Positions 54,201-64,000 of a DNA stretch of 64,000 nt are shown here, one piece after another. Within the stretch, counting starts at the first letter, position 1; each line of letters opens with the position of its first letter. The notes under the pieces were generated by a model. That model ran no database searches, was not told the origin of the DNA, and was given only the letters and a program-made list of their open reading frames with translations. Source of the DNA: Sphagnum compactum. Taxonomy: Eukaryota. The stretch is taken from contig OZ234494.1 in assembly GCA_965153455.1 (NCBI GenBank), positions 11,036,001 through 11,100,000 on the forward strand, given 5' to 3'. The translations under genes and the position numbers were made by a program.

Positions 54201-56043
54201 TTGATGTGGTACTACCAGATACACATGCCAGCCTCCAAGCTAAAGCTTCTCCTCAAGTACAAGTCTGCAAGCAGGCCAGCACACATGAGATTGCTCCTTG
54301 TACAACTCCATTAAATATACAGGTCTGTGTGCCAGGTGGCACCCCTTTTGTTCCAGGCAATGTGCGATTTGAACCTCCAGCAACTCTAGGAGCTGTAATT
54401 ACCATAAACAATGACAGAGAGTGTGGCACACTACCTCTGCCTCAGCCAGTCCACAACCAGACAACATTTCTTCCTGCCAACATTGGCAACACCTATGTCT
54501 GTTGTAAGGTGAGGTGTCTCCAAAAGTTGGCCTCTGTTTGTCATTCATTCTTCATTTTTTCCTCTTCTTTCTAGACAAAGCCAATTCTCTATGCCAGCAG
54601 GTTTCTTGTCTGAAGGAAATATTCACTGATCCTGTTTTCTACTGTTCTACTGAGTGGGGAGGTTGATAGTAAGACTGCTCAGGTTTAATATTGGCAAGTA
54701 ATTCATGGTACACTTTGAGAGATGATAAGGTGTTCCATTGTGCAGTTTATGATTTCTGGTAATTGATCACAATATTTCCTCTTGTGAGTTGAGATCAGGG
54801 GTCATTATTACCACCTTGTTGGGAATTCTTGACTAAGTACTAATACTGTCTTGTGCACCTATTTTGACTAGGCCTTGCAGCTTATGGAATCAGTAGGTAG
54901 GTCAGAGCTATTTCCAGTTTCTGAGGATTTATCTAGCATAGCCTTTGGAGTTGGCTTTCTGAAAGTTTGATATTTAGTTTGTAAGTACATTGTTTCACAG
55001 CCTCCTCATCTGTTGTCTCTTGTGAATGTGTGTAATCTTGTGTCTCCTATCTGTGGTTTGTGAGAAATCTGTTTTGGCCTGTTTGGATGCTTCTTGACAT
55101 TCCAAATTACATGCTACAGACTGCAGTTTGGCCTCTAGACCAAATACTTGTTAGGAGACTGCAGTGCAAGCTCTGCAATTGTACAATGCACACTGCGTGC
55201 GCAATTCGCTCTGGTCAGCTGAGGCTGATGCAATTCACTCGGAATGGTAAGTTTTTAATCCTCTATACCTTCCATTTATTTTTATTTTTTGCCAGTAAGG
55301 TTGTGGTTCAAGGATATGGATTGTGTGTGAAGATTATATATTGAAGATTATATCTCTTTATCTTGTGTTCCTCATTATTCTGCTGATAGAGGAGGACTGA
55401 TATTTCATACTGGATCTTGTTTCTTCATACTATTTGTGAACTGTCTTGTTCACATGCTCCTCTTCATCCTCCTGTTTTCCCAAGAGTGGCAGCTTACCGT
55501 CAATTGCACATGTATTGCAGGTCAAGTACTAGAGCATGTTCTGTACAGGTGCTTGTGCAATTATGACTCAGAAGTATTGTTCAAATTACTTTCTGTCATT
55601 TGGCACATCACAACAGTCATTGCAAAACAACAGAACAGGAACAGGGTGAGGTCTGCAGCAGGTGTGTGGTCTGGAAGTGTATCATCAGTACAGGCAATGC
55701 CAGAGCTGGGCTACCTGATGGAGACACTCTCAAGGTTGGAGCTCAGTTTGAAGGGTGCATCAAGAAATCTTTTCAAGCTCCACAGGATGGTGTCTGCAAT
55801 GATCAATTACACCAAAGTGGCTCCTGATACAGTTGACTACCAACGGTTTGTTGACTGGATAGCATATCATACAAAACTGGCAGCAGGTATGTGTAACTTT
55901 TTATGATAGGTTTTCTGTGGATAGCAAGACCTGTGCTAAATGCTTGGTAACAAAACACCTCTGCATGTGGATTTTTGATGTAGTATCCCATAGACTACTC
56001 CATTAGTTCAGTGATTGCAGATGCTGTAAGAGCATTCCGGTGA
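48242..56043 (+). CDS. Multi-exon Agenet/Tudor-like domain protein with extended C-terminus (AP2-like motifs, OBERON/VIN3-like PHD)
   Basis: In-phase GT-AG exons, approximately: 48242-48325, 48446-48515, 48786-49039, 49266-49394, 49539-49650, 49806-50516, 50639-50821, 50922-51006, 51206-51786, 51985-52258, 53033-53822, 53933-54508, 55120-55246, 55521-55886. The last exon is uncertain (56021-56043 or 56098 onward). Motifs: FEVGKEVEAR..GYRGAWFRCKI, YRVGDMVDWWHDSCFWTG, PPQGEG..KDLRPALEW. Confidence 0.8.
49928..50136 (+). repeat. In-frame 102-bp (34-aa) exonic tandem duplication
   Basis: GGAGAACTGAACATA at 49931 and 50033; TGELNI...MxAIQ..AKRRYRVK..RET occurs twice. Confidence 0.9.
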
Positions 56044-57419
56044 TGTTTGGTGGTGTGAGCAAACTATGACAAGACTTATGTAGTTGTGGGTTGTCAGGTG
56101 CAGCAAGGGCTTGAGTGTACAGTAGAGGACTCTACCATCTGTGACTCACATGAGAAGACTAGTGTAACAAGCAGTGATACTGAGTCTAGGTCATTCTTTT
56201 GAAGGAAAGAAGTGCTAGCACCAATTTGTGTGTTGATGGGATCCTAGGAATACGAATATGCTAGACCTAATGCCTTTTAGAATTGAAAGAACTACCCAAA
56301 AATCTGCAAGATTTTGTCTACTTGCTCATTGTCCTGATATGGGAGTCTGTACAGTAATGACAACTCAGCATACATGCTGATTTAGAACATAGCAAAATTG
56401 AACTGCTGTGGGGAATGATTTGGTGTGTAGGGTGTGTGTTGAACCCATGCATGGTTGTTTCTTGTCAAAATCATGCACTTGTCTCCATTTTGGTCTTGAC
56501 CCAGGTTAAAATTAAATGGAATTGACCCACACAAGCTGGTTGCAGCTTGGATGAAGATGATGTGACTTGTGTGCAAGCCAACATCATGACTGAGTCTTTC
56601 CTGCTGCTATTGGAAATTCTGGACCCAGATTTTGCTCTATGGTTTGCCTGGAATTGTGTGCAGATCATAGTAAACTTATATGCACACACTGTTGGAAGCT
56701 GTTGAAATCAGTGGGTACACATTGAAGCTCATTACTGCAATTTGTGATGAAGTGGATGCTTGCACACATTGTGAATAACTCTTGTAAGGTTATGATCACA
56801 CTCATTCTCATGTTACCTTCTGAATTGATGTTGAGATGTCTCAATTCTTACAAAGGTGAATAGCCTAGTTGATTCCAACAAGATAGTGTCTGACAGTGTA
56901 TTGGTGCATCTGAGTTAGTGCTTTCACAACTCTGTGTCCACACGAGTCTTATGTAAACACACTATCATGAAGGCACCAACTAACATGCACAGGCCAGTTT
57001 TGATGGATGTGGTAATGTGTGGTTTTATCTGGTAAGTATCTCTTGGGGACTAGTATATGCAGGGTGATGATATGGAAGGAATAGAACCCCAAGGACAGGA
57101 AAAAAAGCTCTGGAAAGCTCTGAAGTTATGTAGTGGCAATTTGAAATTTCAAAATTCAAAATTCTATAATTAAGTAGTAATGCTACTAAAGGGTGTTGTG
57201 GAGAAATAGTTGGAAAGGGAAAATGTAAGTTAATGGGTATATTTGCTTTATTCTAATTTTAAATGATTCATCAGAGCTGTTTTTGGTAGGATAACTTTAC
57301 ATTCCATAAGTTGTAGACTGAACAATTTCAAATTGAAATTTGTTGAGCCCATTATCAGTTGAAGAGGCATAGAAAGGTGTTTTTGAATTGGTGTTTAGGG
57401 GTTTTCAATATTGTGGTCA

Positions 57420-57670
57420 TAGGAAGATTCTGAACACATTTTTCACCAATTTGAATCCCATTTGTTTTTAATTCTGAATTCATTCAATTGAATCATAATT
57501 GAATTATTAAATTTGAATTAGAATTAAATTCAAATTCTATTCAATGTCTTTGAATTCAATTTAGCAATTGGGATTCAATCCAATTAAATCTAATGTCACT
57601 TTAAAATCAATTCAAGTTGTATTGCAATGTAATTTATATCTCAATTTCACATAAGAATCAATTAATTTCT
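57420..57670. repeat. AT-rich degenerate repeat (TTGAATTCAA / AATTCAAATT)
   Basis: Recurrent short palindromic motifs between the two convergent genes. Confidence 0.5.
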
Positions 57671-58992
57671 CATCTCAAAACAATCTTGTTCCACAAAAAA
57701 TAGTAATAATAATAAATCTCATATTTTAAGTCTTGGTGCAAATAAAGAGGATTAATTGCATGTTACACGTTGCATTTACCTTTGGTTGAAATTCATTAAT
57801 ATCAACATTAATTCAACATGTCACATCATTGATATATATGTGTTGTATATTTCTCCCTTCAACTTTGGTCTCTTTTAAAATTAAATGAAGATTTGACTTG
57901 TTTTTCTAAAAAAATTGAATCTTTAAATCATTATGATTGTTGTTAGGCCAAGGTCCTAAAAGGATATCCCAACATGGGATGTTGACCTAGCAAACATTCG
58001 CAAATATAAACATCCCTGCTCAAAATTCAAATTAGTGTAATGTTTGATTCAGGAATGACTTAAGCTTGCTCAACAAATAAAACACACCCAAACAACACCA
58101 AGGATGATGAAAGATAAAGAACAATAAAAAGACAAGAATGTTGACAAGGGATGACAAAATATCAACAAGCAATAATAGGGATGTTGAAAAGGTAAGCTAG
58201 AAACACTAGGAAAACTAGGTTGGACATGAATTTTTTATTCTTTCAGTTATATAAGCGGCACCAAGATGATGAGGGTTGAGGCCGTTGGATATAATTTTGA
58301 AGGACACCACCAAGAAATACATAAGAAACATTGGAAAGGCCCCCAAAAAAATCTTTTGATGCAATGAGGGTGATGGATGCTAGAAATATATATATATATA
58401 TGATCATTGATTACCAATGTCTAGCAATTAATTAATTTTAAAATAATTTACTTAAGTAACTTTTAAATATTTTGACCTTAATGTCAATTGAGCATCATTG
58501 GTAGTCTTAAGCAGCACGAAGCACAAGTTTTTATGAATGTAAAGTTTGTAACGATTTAAATCATTTTATGGAATGTTCTAATTGTAAAATTAAAATTAAA
58601 ATTTTATGATCATTTAGCTTCACTTTGAAAGGGGAAGTTTTCCAAGGGAATGTGAGAAAGAGAGAAAGATAATGGTAAAGGAGGTAGAGGTTTTGCCTTT
58701 ACATTTGAAAAATAATGGGAAAGGTAAGGATAAGCTAATGTGCATTTTCATACCCATGTAGGTGGATAGGGGGAGGGAGTTGAGGTAGTGAGGCTTAGAA
58801 GATGCATTTCTAGGTTGCACAAGATAATGTCATGAATGGTTTGAAGCCATATACTTTGGAAAATCCAGAGAAGAGTTTGAAAGGATTTGAGCGTATTCCA
58901 ATTTTTGGGAAAGCAAATCTGTCCATGCTCAAGATTTTGTTATGACTAAACTTTTAAAATGTCATGAGATGATTTTGAGTCTGTAAAGGATG

Positions 58993-59310
58993 TTTGATCC
59001 TGAACCAGAAGGTTATGTATGCATGATTGATCTCTTGTTCCATCATCAGAGATAGGGGATCTAAAAAAAATTGCTGAGCTCACTTGGGCTCGGGGGAGAG
59101 GGCATTTGATCCTGAGTCAGAAGGTTATGCATTATCGATCTCTTGCTCCATCATCAGACATAGGGGATCTAAAAAAATTGCTGAGCTCACTTGGGCTCGG
59201 GGGAAAGGGCATTTGATCCTGAGTCAGAAGGTTATGCATTATCGATCTCTTGCTCCATCATCAGACATAGGGGATCTAAAAAAATTGCTGAGCTCACTTG
59301 GGCTTGGGGA
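58993..59310 (-). repeat. Triple tandem copy (107-112 bp) of the kinase gene's terminal codons, stop and proximal 3' UTR
   Basis: TTTGATCCTGA at 58993, 59105 and 59212. Each copy contains GATCTCTTG.TCCATCATCAGA.ATAGGGGATCTAAAAAAATTGCTGAGCTCACTTGGGCT. Confidence 0.95.
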
Positions 59311-62300
59311 AATTGTGTCTGCCTCCAATAGCTGCACAACTTTATCCATAGTCGGGCGCTCATCAAACACTGGATTTATGCACATGCAGGCCACTTGCAA
59401 AACTGACTCCAATTGTTCCTTGGGTACACCCTGTGAGCATTTTGGATCAAATAGATCTGATTGCTTGCTCTCTGCCACACATTGATGTGCCTGTGATCAT
59501 CACAAAAGAAAATTCACTTAAAGAGATTAGCTGAATTCCAAGTTTTTCTGGTGCTGGCTGGCATCATCATTGCCTCATAAAGAATACTGTGGGTTTTCTG
59601 TCTTCGATGAATCTCTACTCTCAGCTTTACAAAAATTTGAATTCAAAATCAAACCCATTATTGAGCTACGCCCTTCTCAAATGCTTCAAACTGAGTGACT
59701 CAGATGGAAACTTGACGCTAGTGTTAAGTATCATTCACAAATTTCAAAACATAAGCCTTAAACCCAAACACCTGGCAGAGAGTGAGATTACAACTTGTTA
59801 CAATGTGAAATTTCCATTCAGATCAGTAGATTTTGAGAACAATAGTATATCAGGAACATCACGCAGCAAGGTCTGTGTGCAAAGACACCAGATATTTGAC
59901 CAACTCCTACCTGCATTGATTTTGCAGTTTGCCACAGTGTTTGTGTATGTGAAAGAACACAGGGATGGACATACCCATTGAGCAAGATTGAGTCCTTTAG
60001 TTGCCAGAGTAGTGTCACTGGGACGCTTGCCACTAAGGAGTTCAAGTAAAACCACACCATAACTGTAGACGTCACCCTTGTCTGTTGCGCGCCCGTTCTG
60101 CAGGTACTCTGCCTCATAGTTTACAGCAAAAGAACAAGTCAAACAATGGAAAATCTGTGACAATTTGTTGGTATTCATATTGGAGTTTTGGTCTTGCTAT
60201 TGAGAAGTAAAGTTTCAACAGCTGCTGACAACTGAAGAAGATTATCATAAGTTTCTGCATGGGGAAGTAGTATATGGAATATGAAATTTACCAGGTGCCA
60301 GGTATCCAAAGGTCCCTGCCACAGTCGTGGTGACGTGAGATGCATTTTCTTCTAACAATTTAGCCAATCCAAAGTCTGACACATGTGGCTCTAAGTTCTG
60401 ATCGAGTAAAATGTTGCTTGATTTAATGTCCCGGTGGATAATTCGAGGGCAGCAATCATGATGCAAATAAGCCAGGCCTCTAGCTGTGCCAATTGCGATT
60501 CTGATGCGGGCTTGCCAGTTCAACGGCACCTCATGTACCTCCAGTTCTGCAATAATCTCTTCATCAGTTCATCAGCTCAAGTCAATATTTAAGAGCCTAT
60601 TGCAAAAATCATCCAACAGTAAGGAAATCAAATTAGTAGACTACCCACAACCATCAAATGGTTTATGAATGTGATGTTGAAACAACAGTTTTTGATAATG
60701 TAGAAAGCTAGAGACCACTCACCATGAAGTTTTTCGTCAAGGTTTCCATTAGGGAGGTAGTCGTAAATAAGGAGCTTGGCGAGAGGGGAATTACAGAAGC
60801 CACGTAAATTCACAAGGTTTCGATGCTTGAAACATCCCAGAATTTCCAACTCCCCCTCAAAAGCACGGTCAGAGCTTGACCCACAGACTGCAATGCGTTT
60901 CACTGCGAATGACACTCCATCATCCATTATGAGTCGATACACTGTTCCATATCCGCCAGAGCCAATCACATCCTTTTCTCCAAGTTTTTCCAGTCCTTTT
61001 AGTATAGCCGTAGACGTGTATGGCAGATCACCATGAAATACAACCAATTTTGCTTCAGCTTGACCTAACAAGTCATTCAAAAAGCAGACCAAATATTACA
61101 CTCCTGCAAATTATGGTGAGATGGACATCCATATTAATCTCACTTGACTCAAACAAATTTCATACCTGAGTCCCCTAAAACTAGCAAATAAAATCCAAAG
61201 CATTCATCATTCGTGGCACCATTTAGGTACTTGCAAACATTGTATGACTGCAACATTTAGAAGTGACAAAAACAGAGGAGGCTTTCTGTCAATTGACAGT
61301 ATTGGCTAGGTAATCAGTACCGTTTGTGATATCAATTTTTCCTGGAAGATCATCACCTTTGGCTCTAAGCTTGTTGCCTTCCCCTTGAGTACAGCACTTT
61401 TGGTAAAAGAACCAACCCCATGAGCACACAAGGGCAAGTAACAATGTGCTGGCTAGAGTAGTCAATACACTAAAAACTAGGGTGCTGGAATAAATGTGAT
61501 GCTGTCTTTGAGTACCGGACATGATTGTCCATCCTGCCAAAACCCAACCACCAACCATGTTCATGTTCAGCTGCATGTGAAGTCCTCTATAGCATATGAT
61601 GAGCAAGGTTTGCAATATTGAATAGCCTTTTTGACATGTGTGTTATTTGTTCTAGATAAGAACCAGAAATCAGTTACAGGTGAGTGGCGATTGAACTAGC
61701 AAAACATTGAGCTATCTTCAACTATGAAATGCTGTTCACTTTGTCTTGGTCATCTTCGATTCTCAAAGCTTTGAACTGGATGTGCAACATCATGAATCCA
61801 TGAGTTCATGAATCCATTTCTTTTGACCGTCTTCACAGTGGATTTCACATCAAGGAACAGAGTTTTTACCTGGGCTTATAATTGGGGACAGGCCAGAAGA
61901 TGGACCATGGGCAGGTGTTGGAGCAGAAATGGGCTGAGTGAATTTACATGCAACTTTTATTTGAGGACCACATAGACCTGGATTTCCTTCAAATCTGCAG
62001 TTCAAACTAGTCTGAGTACAATTTGTAAATCACAAATGAGCCTCCTGCAAATTTTTTTTGTATCAGATGGAAATTCCCTACCTCAGGTTCCCTCCATTTT
62101 CAAGCTCAGCTATGCTATACATGGCAAAAAAAGATGAAACTAATCAGTTTTTTTATGCTGGAACAGTACTGCAAATTTGTTGACATTTTGGAAAGAAAAA
62201 ACCCCATGTATCCAATTGTGCTGGTTATGGTTTGTCAACTCTTTTGCTGTACAAAGGTATCTTGCTCTCCTCTTTTTCTCACATATAATAACACATGATT

Positions 62301-63484
62301 TGACAACAAGTTAGTATATGTGGAGCTTACGATGTAAAGCTTGAGTTGGCAAAAACTCCAGTTGTTGGAATCTCCCCCACTAAGAAGTTTGATGACACAT
62401 TTCTGCAAATTTGAACAAGCAAACTTGAAAACCATATTTTGCTTGTTCTTAGAATCAGCTCTACATAGATTTATAATCCAAAAGTGGTAACTAGTTCCTG
62501 TGAAATGTGAACTGTGGGGGCATTCTTATGAAAATAAGTGTAGAAAGGATTTTTGTAATGCGGTTAGACTATTTTTTTTCTTCAGTTCCAACACTAGAGA
62601 GTGGGGAGAACTTACAGAAAGGTGAGATTGTGAAGTGAACCAAGTGAAGTTGGAATGGTGCCTGTCAGGCCATTGTTGGCCAGATCCCTGCACAAAGGAG
62701 CAACTTCTAAGTTCTCCAAAGTATACAATCTAAACCTTGTTTCTGATCGATGTTTCAGAAAGTTGCCACCATAATCTAGACCAAAACATACTCTATATAT
62801 CCAAGAAGAGAATACATCACTCTGGGAGATCAACCAGCAAAACAACATCAGGGGCACTTGTAGTAGTCAAAATTGGAATAAACTTAAGATTGAAAAGACT
62901 GATACTAGGATCTTCAGATTCTCAGGCTTCATTTCCTGATTGAACTGATAAGTTGCACTTCTCAGAAAGCACAAAATTTGGAAAGCATTTCAGAATTTTC
63001 TCACAATGCCACGAGTTGTGAAAGATTTCCAAGTTCTACCGGGATATCCCCAGTAAGATAATTCCCTTCCAAATATCTGCAAAACTTGGACACACAGAAA
63101 ATTACACCTCCTGAACCCCATTGAAGAAACACTAGAGATTTTCGTCAAGTGCCAACATTACAGTTTTCTCACACTGGGCAGCTAAGGAGTAAGAAAACAA
63201 GGATTGCAACGATACTTCACTTTGTCTGTAGTGGGTATCACCTCTTGGGTCCGAGACCAGCCATGCTTAGCCAGGGATGGTCTGATCTGAACATCTCTAG
63301 TCCGCTATCAAGCAACATTAACCTCAAATTTGGTCCAAAATTCTTAAAAACAGCATGGATCTTCGTTGAAAGACTCAAATGAATGAGTGGGTGATGTTGG
63401 ACACAAACTTACAGGGACTTCAAAGATGAGCAGTTGCCAATTTCCGGTGGAATCTGACCAAAAAATTCATTTCTGTGAAGGCCT
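59239..63484 (-). CDS. LRR receptor-like Ser/Thr kinase, FEI1/FEI2-like (LRR-XIIIa); 5' exons lie beyond the window
   Basis: 72-bp LRR exons 63484-63413, 63076-63005, 62687-62616 and 62402-62331. Then 61994-61870 (FEGNPGLCG), 61533-61321 (TM), 61064-60723 ([25 protein letters not shown]), 60546-60292 ([28 protein letters not shown]), 60108-59975 and 59490-59239. Confidence 0.93.
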
Positions 63485-64000
63485 CTGCAATCAGATAGTG
63501 AAACAGCAATATATGTCAAACAAAAGATCCATTTGCTTGTGTAGCTGAGCCTGCAGCTGGCTCATGGCTTTGCCAAAAAAGTTCAGAGGTTACTGCTTGA
63601 ATATACTGGGGAACTGAACTCACAGGAGCAAACAAAGTAGAGAAATGGTCATGCCAGTGAGAGGACCAAGTACTGTAGCAACTTTGAGGTGGGACAGATT
63701 GAATCATGAAGTTCTTTGCTGTGGGGAGATCATCGTCCATGGTAGGGATTCTTACAAGCTAGACTTCATAATTGCAGCTTACAAAGCCTGACTAGAAATG
63801 GATTTCAAAACTATGTGAGTGGCAGCAGGAAGTCTGGAACAATATTACATAAAAGGAATTGTGATTTTGGAATTACAAAAGAAACTTTGGCCCCACTCAA
63901 AACATCAAGCTTGTTAAATCAGGGGACAAGAAACCCACTGGGGAGAGTAGAGGGCACTAAGAAATATATTCTCCTGAATGGACTCACAGTCTGTGTAACT

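Noticed and set aside
55001-55119. Acceptor-like TTCACAG at 55000 as the start of the PHD exon
   Set aside because: All three frames hit stops before the PHD; the acceptor at 55119 gives an open in-phase exon.
59084-59485. 133-aa plus-strand ORF antisense to the kinase end
   Set aside because: Made from the tandem repeat plus the antisense of the last exon; no independent support.

Overview
Eukaryotic, intron-rich, AT-rich land-plant DNA. The gene families and repeat landscape suggest a bryophyte, plausibly a Sphagnum-like moss (inference only). Three spliceable protein-coding genes are supported. (1) A 2-exon plant-specific PHD-type zinc-finger gene (-, 4067-5557). (2) A long multi-exon gene (+, 48242 to ~56050-56200) that starts as an Agenet/Tudor-like protein and, by in-phase GT-AG splicing, continues into two AP2-like motifs and an OBERON/VIN3-like PHD region. 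(3) The 3' part of a FEI1/FEI2-like LRR receptor kinase (-, 59239 to beyond the window), whose last ~107 bp including the stop codon is triplicated. The ~40 kb between them is mostly decayed transposons: a CRE-like non-LTR retrotransposon, three AT-rich hAT relics, a pogo/DDE_1 relic, several MITEs with TIRs and TSDs, and tandem arrays. One element stands out: a GC-rich, nearly intact Hermes/hobo-like hAT (21486-24282) whose four stop codons all fit C->T transitions. All exon boundaries were read by eye and no database search was run.
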